Of a stretch of DNA of 33,755 nt, positions 23,123-33,755 are shown one piece after another; the first letter of the stretch is position 1, and every line of letters begins with the position of its first letter. Location: positions 9,609 to 43,363 of the forward strand of contig MU053397.1 of assembly GCA_013239625.1 (NCBI GenBank), in the 5' to 3' direction. Under the pieces are notes generated by a model that saw nothing but the letters and a program-made list of their open reading frames with translations, did not search any database and had not been told where the DNA came from. Source of the DNA: Lama guanicoe. Lineage: Eukaryota. A program made the translations under genes and the position numbers.

Positions 23123-24009
23123 TAAGCAAAACTTGGGGCTAGAAACCCTCTCTTCTGCTCATTCTAATGGCCACACAGTCCCCCCACACAAGGCCACACA
23201 CTTATTCCTTGGTGATAACCTGAGATCTTAGGCACAGGTCTTAGCCCAGCAGCAGCTATACAAGGCACAGTTAATTCTGAAGATGACGGATCATTGATGA
23301 AGAAACCCATGAGTTCACTAAAGAGTACAAAATTAGAATCCAAGAATCATCATCATTTCTTATTTAAGCAAGAGATCTCAAAAATAAAATAGTCATATTA
23401 TTTCTATCTTGAAGCACGCTGGCTGCTATTATGTGCATGTAATGTGTCTAGCTGTGTACAGTCATCACTATTACAGCCAAGAAGATCTAGGCTTAGTCTG
23501 AGCTATGTTAAAAATATACAGTAGGAATGGGTAACTCTGGTAACAGGGTACTGTAGTTAGAGATAAAGAAGTTCAGTTAATCCTGACCTTGGGCCATTTA
23601 TTCAAGCACATTTCAGAACAAACACAGCTTCCCACCTATCTCGCAACTTAAAGAGTTTGGTATTAATTCTTCTGTTGAGTCAGACATTTTCATATAAATA
23701 AATAATTGTTTGGCAGAACAAATTATACTAGTGAAAATATATCCTTTCATTCTATAGTCCTTCATTTCTTTTTTCTGAGTTTTTTCTTTGAATCTGCCAT
23801 GTCTTAATTCAAAGGTTCATCTTTGTCCTGAATTCTCTCATGCCCTACAGCTTTCCTGGTGGCTCTAGGTCAATTTGCCTACAGATGGTTTGCCAGTGTA
23901 CAATTAGCCAAAAGGCAATTTCCTAAATGGATAATTCTCTGAAAGAAATTCCCTGAGAAGGACAGCTTTTTGCAAATTGCTTTTCGGTAAAATGACCCAT
24001 ATTCCTCCC

Positions 24010-25270
24010 TGGATGAGTAATCTCATCCACTCACATGGACTGAACTACCGCTGTGTGCTTCTGTCTCCCATATCCACTTAAATATTCAACTTGTTCCCTG
24101 GACACATTAACATTTATATGCCTAAAAGCCTCCTTCCCAGCACTCTTAGCTCCACGTTGTTCCTCTAGTATTTCAGGTCTCACTGAAAGTACCACTTGTC
24201 ACCCACTTTCCCAGATCAGGAACCTGAGCCAGTATTGATTCACTCATCCTCTCCTCACCCTTCATAGGCCATCAGTTGCCTAGTCCTGCTGACTTTAACC
24301 TCCTAATTTAATGGGAGAAGGCAATCACCAGATCCGTGTTTCCCATAGATTCCAAAACTCTTTCAATCAATCACCTGCTCTCCGTCTTTGTTGTCTACTA
24401 ATGAAGGTTGGTTCTGCCCCATCCCTCTCTAGGCCACTCCAGGACTATGTCAATGAGATCATAATTAATCTGCCTCCATCTAATTTTCCCCTTTCACAGT
24501 CTTCCTCTACTTTTCTACTAGAATGCACTTTTGCCAAAAGGGTTTTCCATGAAATGCAAATCCTGCAAGATGACCTGCTGAAATAAGTTCAGAAAATGCT
24601 TCAAATCCTGCAAGATGAAACACAAAAGCTGCAAGAAGATCTATGTCCAAGTAAGTTTAGAAAATGCTTCATGCTGTGTCCTCCTCTTGCAAGATCACAA
24701 AGGCCATTGACATAATAAAGGTCCCAAAAAGACTTGAAGTAAAGAAACACACAATATTGTATAACAAAACATGGCCCGTAAGCATTTGACTCATGATCTC
24801 TTGTTTTCCCCAAAGTAACAGCTACTAACAAGCAGTGGAACACAGTTTGAAAATGCTGGCACATTGTGACTTGATCACACTAATGAAGTAAAGTAAATGG
24901 ACTGACCCAGCCCACTGCCCTCATATTTCCTGCCCTCTCCCCCCTACAGCGCATCTCCTGAGGGTCCCGTGACTTGCAGCTCCTCACGAGCGGCATGTTC
25001 CTTCCCACGTGTCTCTGGCTCCCTTTACCTGAAATGCCCTGTTCCCCCTTCTGACTAACTCCTATTCATCTTTCAAGTTTCACCTCCTTTAGGAAGCTTT
25101 TTCTGACCGCTGTGACCTATGCTTGGTTTCTCTTATAACGTCCTCCTACTCATCACAGCACTTACTGTCTTCTAACTAAAACTAGCTTTATTCCCCCATT
25201 TTTGCAATCCCTTCAGGGACCAAATCATTAGTACAGAGTAAGTGCTCAAAAAATAGCTGTTGTGCTGAAA
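24010..25270 (+). mobile_element. Decayed L2 within duplication copy 1 (paralog at about 25722-26980)
   Basis: Pyrimidine-rich L2 body (atattcaacttg..cctggaca, ctaactcctattcatctttcaag) and tail acagagtaagtgctcaaaaaatagctgttg. Confidence 0.7.
24526..24858. mobile_element. hAT-Charlie-type MITE inserted in the L2 (paralog 26239-26570); subfamily uncertain
   Basis: Degenerate TIRs cacttttgccaaaagggttttccat / gtggaacacagtttgaaaatgctg, with internal taaaggtcccaaaaagacttgaagtaaagaaac. Confidence 0.55.
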
Positions 25271-25536
25271 TAAACCAACCCACGATAAAAGTGATAGATG
25301 ATAATATAGTAAAGCTTTTAAGAATTTGTTAATTTAAGAATGGAAGATACCATAATCCCTCAATATTTCAAAAATATATGTGAAAAACTTCTTTTTCAAA
25401 AATTTACAATGTCTTATTTCTTTTTAATTAATGTCTTTTTATTAATGTTATTAGTGATTTGCAATAAAATTGTCCTTCTTATTTGCATTTGCCTGCTTCA
25501 ATCACCCATATCAGATATTCAAATATTTTTTCTTTA

Positions 25537-27246
25537 GTCCTGTATCCTCTCATGCCCTACAGCTTTCCTGGTGGCTCTAGATCAATTTGCCTACAGACGG
25601 TTTGCCAGTGTACAATTAGCCAAAAGGCAAATTCCTAAGTGGATAATTCTCTGAAAGCAATTCCCTGAGAAGGACAGCTTTTTGCAAATTGCCTTTTGAT
25701 AAAATGATCCATATCCCTCCCTGGATGAGCAATCTCATCCACTCACACGGGGACTGAACTACCGCTGTGTGTTCCTGTCTCCCATATCCACTTAAATATT
25801 CAACTTGTTCCCTGGACACATTAACATTTATATGTCTAAAAGCCTCCTTCCCAGCACTCTTAGTTCCAAGTAGTCCCTCTAGTATTTCAGGTCTCACTGA
25901 AAGTACCACTTGTCACCCACTTTCCCAGATCAGGAACCTGAGTCAGTGTTGATTCACTCATCCTCTCCTCACCCTTCACAGCCATCAGTTGCCTAGTCCT
26001 GCTGACTTTAACCTCCTAATTTAATGGGAGAAGGCAATCACCAGATCCGTGTTTCCCATGGATTCCAAAATGCTTTCAATCAATCACTTGCTCTCCGTCT
26101 TTGTTGTCTACTATTGAAGGTTGGTTCTGCCCCGTCCCTCTCTAGGCCACTCCAGGACTATGACAATGAGATCATAACTAATCTGCCTCCATCTAATTTT
26201 CCCCTTTCACAGTTTTCCTCTACTTTTCTACTAGAATGCACTTTTGCCAAAAGGGTTTTCCATGAAATGCAAATCCTTCAAGATGACCTGCAGAAATTAG
26301 TTCAGAAAATGCTTCAAATCCTGCAAGATGAAACACAAAGCTGCAAGATGATCTATGTCCAAGTAAGTTCAGAAAATGCTTCATGCTGTGTCCTCCTCTT
26401 GCAAAATCACAAAGGCCATTGACATAATAAAGGTCCCAAAAAGACTTGAAGTAAAGAAACACACAATATTGTATAACAAAACATGGCCCGTAAGCGTTTG
26501 ACTCATGATCTCTTGTTTTCCCCAAAGTAACAGCTACTAACAAGCAGTGGAACACAGTTTGAAAATGCTGGCACATTGTGATTTGATCACACTAGCGAAG
26601 TAAAGTAAATGGACTGACCCAGCCCACCGCCCTCATATTTCCGCCCTCTCCCCGCTACAGCACGCCTCCTGAGGGTCCCGTGACTTGCAGCTCCTCACGA
26701 GCGGCATGTTCCTTCCCACGTGTCTCTGGCTCCCTTTACCTGAAATGCCCTGTTCCCCCTTCTGACTAACTCCTATACATCTTTCAAGTTTCACCTCCTT
26801 TAGGAAGCTTTTTCTGACTGCTGTGACCTATGCTTGGTTTCCCTTATAACGTCCTCCTACTCATCACAGCACTTATCATCTTCTAACTAAAACTAGCTTT
26901 ATTCCCCCATTTTTGAAATCCCTTCAGGGACCAAATCATTAGTACAGAGTAAATGCTCAAAAAATAGCTGTTGTGCTGAAATAAACCAACCCAAGATAAA
27001 AGTGATAGATGATAATATAGTAAAGCTTTTAAGAATTTGTTAATTTAAGAATGTAAAATACCATAATCCCTCAATATTTCAAAAATATATTGAAAAACTT
27101 CTTTTTCAAAAATTTATAATGTCTTATTTCTTTTTAATTAATGTCTTTTTATTAATGTTATTAGTGATTTGCAATAAAATTGTCCTTCTTATTTGCATTT
27201 GCCTGCTTCAATCACCCATATCAGATATTCAAATATTTTTTCTTTA
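25537..27246 (+). repeat. Tandem segmental duplication, copy 2 (1710 bp)
   Basis: Starts gtcctg..ctctcatgccctacagc and ends cagatattcaaatattttttcttta, as does copy 1. Confidence 0.97.
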
Positions 27247-27849
27247 TTAAGAATGAGGAAGAAAAAGAAGTTACTGAAAACATTCACTAGGGCAACTTTC
27301 TACTGTGGAAATTAGCCAACACCACTTTGAATCTTGAAATGTAAACACCACCTAAAATCAACGTAAGGACACTGAATCCATGTCTCTGTATGGCCTTATT
27401 TAAACAGCAGCAGTTCTTCATTTTATTTGCTTCGAACCTACCAAACCTCTTTGGACCATGAAGCTGGTCTGAGCCAAGACTCCTATGTTTAGCTATACAT
27501 AAAAATGACAGCTTTTCTTCTGGGTAAAATTACCGTGTGCTGTGTTTGCCCCTAAACCTCAACTACCTTGTAGTCAAGGTCTAGAATTCCAGAAAAGAGT
27601 AGAGGTTACTGACTGATTTGACAACCTTATCAACTTACTTGGGAATATAGGTTGTGCCCAGAGGTGTTGTATAGCAAACATCTGAGCTGAATGCACTCAT
27701 TCTGATTGACTTTTCTCACAGTAGAGGAGCTGTCTTCCTCATTTATCCATTCACTCACTTGATAAGTGTGGGCTGAGCACCCATTATGTGGCAGACACTA
27801 TGCTGTCACAAGGACCACAGTATGATAATCACATAATCGTGTTCTATGT

Positions 27850-28062
27850 AACAGCTGCGTGAACTGAGCGCACACCATGGGCAAAGAGCCATGCTAAGCT
27901 TTGCATGTGTGCTTTTGCATTTGACCTTTACACAAGCTTGGGAGGCCAGTGCATCACTGCCCCTTTTGATACAGTAGGAAACTGAGAGACTTAGAGACTC
28001 ATACAACACCAGAGATCGCAGAGCTAGCAAACATCAGAGCCACATTTGAACACAGACAGCCT
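27850..28062 (-). mobile_element. MIR SINE (preceded by a short L2 tail at about 27738-27805)
   Basis: ctaagctttgcatgtg...ttttgatacagtaggaaactgagagacttagag...atttgaacacag. Confidence 0.7.
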
Positions 28063-29667
28063 TCTCCTGAGAAGCCCCTTTGTGCAGTTACCGGGCAACA
28101 CAGCCTGTCAGTGGTCACACAAGACCACTCTGCCATCAAAATTTCCACAGACATGTTCCTTGCCTGACCACTATCACGCTGTATCTTAAATAGCATTGAG
28201 CAGGAACTGTTTAGAGGGTCCTGAAGTGACAATAAAGGCACAGGGAATCAAATTAAATTCTTTATTTTTTAATTAAACAACTTTGGAGCATAGGTGCTGG
28301 CAAGTATTCCATGAATATTGACCGATTGTAGTTAATGGTAAACTCTAGTTAATGTGGTTATACTGTGTGACCTTTTGAGGTACCTTTCAAATAAGAGATT
28401 CTGTGATTAAAGAGGTAGCTTAATCTAGTTGTTTCTAGATTCCATCTCAAGACTGTCACTTGAAAAGCACATTTAACTCAAGCTATTTTCAAAGGAATGA
28501 CTTGGGCTAAGCAAAACACTTATCCATATTTATACCAAATGAAAGAGGTCATCTGCAGAGGAATGGCCAGTTAGGACATATTTTGTCTCAACTTGCATCC
28601 CGTGAGAAAAAGGAACTCAAGATTAAAAAATAGAGCTAATTTGTTTTATGGCATCATGGAAGGATGTATAGGAAGAAGTATTAATCTATTCAATTATGTA
28701 ACAAATGATTTTCTTAGGCAGTAAGCTGTTCTAAAAGAGTGATAAGTGTCTTTTATGGATCCAACATACTAGAAGTTGTTTTATAAGCATCTGACCAGTA
28801 CAATGAATTATGGTGGATCCTGAATGCACAAAGAACACAGTTCTCCAACATTCATCTTGCAGATTTCCTGCCCCACCCTCCCCCCTGGATCACTTAGCCG
28901 TATATTCTCCCCAAAGACCAAAAAACAATATTGCTTGAACAACGTATTTCCTGACTAATTTATCAAGATGGTTTCTTGGGTTATACAATATTCCCAACCC
29001 AAAGGCCACTCACTGGCAGGAGAAAATAATCCCTTTTTTAATTAACAAGGAAAAAATATCAGACCGAATTCCAAGCAATTTGACCACTTTGACCTGGACT
29101 TAGACCGTCTTCACATTTTCGTGAGCTCAGAGGTGAGCTCCAAATCCCACTTTGGGTTTCAGTTTTGTTTAAAGTACTGTTTAATTGGAAAAGAAATTTT
29201 TCTAGCTCTCCTGGAATTTGAATGTCAGTAAGGTGACACTCAGGTGACACAGTGGTAGACTGCTATAACATGACATGATCTAAAGCCCATTTCTGCGCAG
29301 AAGCCTGGGCTTTGTAGCAAGAATTAAAATGTGCATCAATTCCTATATCCTGAATTTATCTTTTACCCATGGGAAGCAAAATTTTCACAGGAATTTTTGG
29401 AGCTGGGTCAACCAGTGACCTGAAGTTACATTTAAGTCCAGTGTCCCTATGTTTCTTAAAGAGGCATTTATAGAAAACCAAATAAAATACCTTACATAAG
29501 CCAGTAAAACTTGTGGCAACAACATGACGATGCTATAATCATTACCATTAAAAAAATAACAAAGTTTGTGTGAACAGAACAAGAGTTCACCAACAGTTTA
29601 GCTCCTGATAGAAACACTCCAACTTTAATCTGTATTAAGGATTTGTATCCTAGTTATCAAAAGCACC

Positions 29668-29850
29668 CCCTTGGAGCACCAGACCTTGCTTCAAATCCTG
29701 CCTCCCACACTCACTGGGTGACCTTGGATATGTAACAGAAGTCACGTTTCCACAACCAGACCTCATAGAATTATCATGGATTTAAGTTGATAATGCAGTT
29801 AGAAGTTCTTAGTGTTTAGCACACAGGAAGTGCTCAATACATCTTGGCTG
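29668..29850 (+). mobile_element. MIR SINE
   Basis: ttcaaatcctgcctccc...gtgaccttgga...agcacacaggaagtgctcaata. Confidence 0.65.
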
Positions 29851-30527
29851 CCATGTTTTACCCATTCAACCAACAATTACGGAATGCCTACAATTACCAG
29901 ATACTAAGCTACGGGTAGTAAATAAAAAATGACTAAAAGAAGGATGATAATATGGTTAAAATATTATTTTTAAGTTTTATTTTGTTTTTTAAATTTTTGT
30001 GAACTTGAGCATTTTTCCATTGGCCCTATTTCCGCCAGTGGCTTATGAGCTCCTCTAAAACTTTACACCACATCTGCAGTTCCCTTTGAGTCACTGCTAG
30101 CATACAATTACTTTGTGGTTGACTAATTTTTCTCTGCCACAGGCCAGTACTGATAGTTTAGGGGGTACATACTCAACCAATAATGTAGTTAAGGCTCAGT
30201 CAGACTTTCTTATACATGAGTCTTATCACTGCTGAGATCATATTATGGACATCTGTATAAACTGACTGGGTTAGGGGACTTTTATGAAAGCAAGGCCTCT
30301 AAAAACTAACTTGTCTTCTCAGATGTTGTCACCCCAACAGACTGGACTTTTTCAGAACTGTTCAAGATATTAGGGGTCAGGATCTCAACAGGATTTAGCT
30401 GCTGTCCTGTCCTCACACACCCAAATTTTCTGCTGTGACTAAACACATGGCAGGTGTCATGGATTGCTTTAAAACCTGTGTGTGTTCATGTGTGTGCTTG
30501 TACAAGTGTGTGTGTTTTGAAACTTAC

Positions 30528-30544
30528 CTGTGGAAACTGTCCAT
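30528..30544 (-). other. 17-nt micro-exon ATGGACAGTTTCCACAG of an unidentified minus-strand gene
   Basis: Acceptor tttttgtggctcccttctgttatttgcAG, perfect donor CAG|GTAAGT, upstream branch-like TTTAAT, and repeat-free flanks. Confidence 0.7.
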
Positions 30545-31019
30545 CTGCAAATAACAGAAGGGAGCCACAAAAATTGTATGCGATGCTGAATTAAAATGTA
30601 CAATATACATGTGTAGCTAAAATTAGTGGTGTGGCATAGTAAATCAATGACATAATCACATCTTCTGAACTTGATACTGCAATATTCATTATATGGTCCA
30701 ACTTGCTGTTTTACCCAAATTAAAAACTCTATAAATTTTATCTTTGGTCATTAGTTTGATCTTAAAAGAATTTTGAAACTAATTTTATTAAATTTTGAGT
30801 AGTAAGTCCATTTTATTTTTTTACCTTTGAATAAAACTTGTCTTAGCTTTTATTTTCATGCCATGAGTACAATCCAGCACTGGCCTCATAAAACTGCCTA
30901 TAAGTTTTCCAAACTCAATGTCAGGTTATGACCCATGTCACTACTCGAGGATTAGATCTGTTTCTAATACAAGTCATCTTAAATCCTTTTTGAAGCAGGG
31001 TAAGGGGAATGTTGCTTTC

Positions 31020-31150
31020 CTGGGTTAGAATGGTAGTTCTGTGCTGTTACTTAGTAATGATAGGAACTCAACCAAGTCAAGTTCTCTGGGCCTCAGTTTT
31101 CTCACTAATAAACTAAGAGAATCAGACTTAATGAGTACTAAGGCCTCTGA
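31020..31150 (+). mobile_element. MIR/MIR3 SINE
   Basis: caagtcaagttctctgggcctcagttttctcactaataaa...aaggcctct. Confidence 0.65.
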
Positions 31151-31274
31151 CTGTGGTTTTTAAACCCTATGATTGTTTCAGTTAACAGGTTCTGTTTAGA
31201 TTATATGATGAGAAACATGGTTTCTATGTAAAAATTAACCATGTTTCTATTTAAAAATTAATATAAATTTACAT

Positions 31275-31306
31275 AGAAAGAAAGAAAGAAACAAACAAAC
31301 AAAGAA
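31275..31306 (+). repeat. (GAAA)n(CAAA)n microsatellite
   Basis: Read directly from the sequence. Confidence 0.9.
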
Positions 31307-31459
31307 ACTTAATTGTGAATGAATATTTGAGTTGAAGGTTAGAAAATTTCCTTAAAAGTTCTTCTTACTGAGCTAACTCCAAATAACTACTTGAGACACT
31401 TTTTATTTTTGAGACGCTGTTAAAAGAAATAATTGTGTAATTAGAAACAGGATGACCAT

Positions 31460-31662
31460 GAAGATTTGAAAATCAGAAAAATCTAGATTCAAATCCAGAG
31501 TTCATGTTATATCTTGGGTATATTGTATAATCTCCTGGGCCTCCATTTCTTCACCTGTAAAGTGTGGATAATATGTACCTCCTAGGGCTGCTGTAAAGAT
31601 TAAATAAGACATATAAGGCATCTAATGTGGTGACTGGCTCATGATAAACACTCAAATATTTT
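31460..31662 (+). mobile_element. MIR SINE
   Basis: tctcctgggcctccatttcttcacctgtaaagtg..gataat..tacctcctagggctgctgtaaagattaaat. Confidence 0.8.
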
Positions 31663-31774
31663 CCACTTTTCATTTTCCTTTCTAGAAGTCTTTGCACTAA
31701 GGACAAGAAATTCTTGTTTCAGTAGAAACAAGAGTGAAATTGATAGGCTGTGAATCTCCTGAGTCTAGTAAGGC

Positions 31775-31965
31775 AGTGTTTCACAGTGGTTACCAGTGGG
31801 CACTGCAGGGTCTTAGAGACTTGCATTCAAATGCAAACTGTCAATTACTACCTTTGGGACTGTAGGCAATTTATTTAAGTTCTCTGAGATACATACAGTT
31901 TTTCATCAGTAAATTAGCTATTGTAACCCTTAGGATGAGAGAATGCATCACAGTGTCTACATCAT
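31775..31965 (+). mobile_element. MIR SINE
   Basis: cagtggttacc...attcaaat...ggcaatttatttaagttctctgag...cagtttttcatcagtaaa. Confidence 0.65.
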
Positions 31966-33755
31966 CATTACAACACAATATGTGGTAGATATTTTTATTA
32001 CGCTTCTGTTCTCCAAACTTGAAACAGTAACCAGAAGAGAGAAGGAAATCAAGTAACATTTTTTAAGGAAAAGATTGGACAAGTGACTGTTCCTTGGCTG
32101 ATGATGAGCATCACCTAGCATGTCTGTGTGTCTTTTAGGAGCAAGGATGGCCCTGGGGCCCCACAGCTTCCCATGGAAGGCATGTCATTTTCAAAGACTT
32201 CTTTCCTGACATGAAAACAATGCCATGAAAACTACATATGTTCTTTTTACGGAACCAGCTAGGGATTCCTCATGTATTTTATTCTCAGTTAAAATACTAT
32301 TCCATGACATTTTTCATGGGTGTGCCTGGTTGTCTGCAGCCAACATTTTAGGAGATGCGTGTTTATGGAGAGATGGATATGACTAAAAACTTTTGGGAAA
32401 TCTGAAATAAAGGTTAGATCTGTCCCATTAGGTAGCCTTGAATTGGTTGCATAAATAGATCTAAAAACTCTTTACTTACATAAACATAAGTTAAAAAATA
32501 CTGTCACTTCATTAGATTTAAACATCAACAATAACAAAATGACATTAGAGGATTTACACTTTGCCAGGTAGTTATCTCTAGAGTCCCAAAATATTGAAAG
32601 TTCTATTACTGGAACTTTTAAAATTGTATCATCATTTTAGACTGACATTTAAAAAACAGCAGTAATGTGTGGGCTCCCTCTGCTGGATCTTCAGACTGTG
32701 AATGCCAGAAAGAGTTTTCAGTACTTTACATTTACCCAACCAATTGGATCACTCATGGTGATGAGATTAACACAAAGAAGTGATGTTGATCCATTTCAAA
32801 ATCCACAGGAAAACAGTTTGCTAAATAAAGAAGCTGAAATTAGTTGGGAATGTTCTTCTGTTAGTGTTAAAAAACTGGGATTTTATTTTGTTCTAAGTAG
32901 GAGACAGTAGACTTTGTTTTGCATTGTTTTATGTTTTAAAAAAGAGGCATAGATTTTCTTTGGAGAAGGGTCACATGTGGTCCATGGTACCTGTTGCCAG
33001 GGTAACCATGTCCTCTGTCTATACACATCAAGGCCAGTTATTTCATTCAGTGACAATCAGACTATCAGGTCAAAGGAAACAGAAAATGCAAATCATGATG
33101 TTCATGCTGTTTCAGAAAAATTACAATGTGATTGTCCTGCACCCCAACTCAGAGAAGTTTTCTCTTTAATAATGAATTTCTTTAAATGTTACAAATATTA
33201 CTGTCTCCTTAACATAATTATTTTCTGGTGGATATGTAGGCACTTCATGCTTTTGCACTGGGGGCTTTCTCTATTTATTGAAATTGGAAAGGAGATTTGA
33301 GGACAAAATGTTCTTTAATAAAATTAGAACTTCTCTCTTCTGAGAGTCATACAACATTTATCCAAAACTCTATAAAAATATTACCCCCTTTAGCTTATGG
33401 AGCATTTCTGAATAGGTTCTTTTTGTTTAGTGCCCAATGATCCTGAATTTAGATGCTGTGTTTAAAAACTGTTTGCTGAAGGAAGGCTATAATTAATATA
33501 AGGAATACTGAATTCCACGTTGAGAATGGCGAGTTATTGGTTGACTATTTACATGAAGAACAAAAATAGAACTTGTTGCAGAAGACTGTAGTTCGATACA
33601 TTCCTTAGTGTAGGTTTTTACAGTGAGAGGCACAAAATGTAAATATGCAAGCGAGCGCTCATGTATTTACTAAAAAGCGAAATTAATTTTGTTGTTTAAT
33701 GAACCATATATTCTTATTATTTACTTTTTATTATAAAATTCCAAACCCATTAAAA

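Larger units (their letters stand above)
23825..25536 (+). repeat. Tandem segmental duplication, copy 1 (1712 bp)
   Basis: Aligns end to end with 25537-27246 at roughly 93-97% identity by manual comparison. Confidence 0.97.

Noticed and set aside
24311..26576. Duplicated ORF pairs (91/132 aa plus, 87/118 aa minus) as a small gene family
   Set aside because: They lie in L2/MITE relics, their frames differ between copies, and the similarity is explained by the tandem duplication.
32665..33300. Three plus-strand ORFs near the window end
   Set aside because: No recognisable homology, AT-rich random-like composition, and no convincing exon boundaries.
1..33755. Prokaryotic systems (CRISPR, operons, defence islands, phage)
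   Set aside because: The DNA is mammalian and repeat-rich. No ORF exceeds 132 aa, and there is no repeat-spacer array.

Overview
This is AT-rich, CpG-depleted placental-mammal genomic DNA, not prokaryotic. A camelid origin is likely but inferred: it rests on a Vic-type SINE fragment, camelid-type L1 3' ends and an artiodactyl Tigger1 deletion derivative, with no Alu, Bov or PRE SINEs seen. The window is mostly intronic or intergenic, and much of it is decayed transposons (L1, L2, MIR, MER5, Tigger1, MLT1, ERV1 LTRs). I could not recognise any complete gene. The listed ORFs are L1 ORF2 remnants or chance ORFs. The best evidence for a gene is on the minus strand: a textbook 17-nt micro-exon (30528-30544), a strong-acceptor candidate exon (5936-6274), and a CpG-enriched candidate alternative first exon (about 3571-3900). 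Structural highlights are a 1.71-kb tandem duplication (23825-27246), an L2>MLT1D>ERV1-LTR nest, a 5'-inverted L1 carrying two short insertions, and a GC-shifted L1ME patch with a CTCF-like motif. I found no convincing new biological system. Repeat subfamily names come from remembered consensus sequences and need RepeatMasker/Dfam confirmation. Boundaries of old repeats are approximate.
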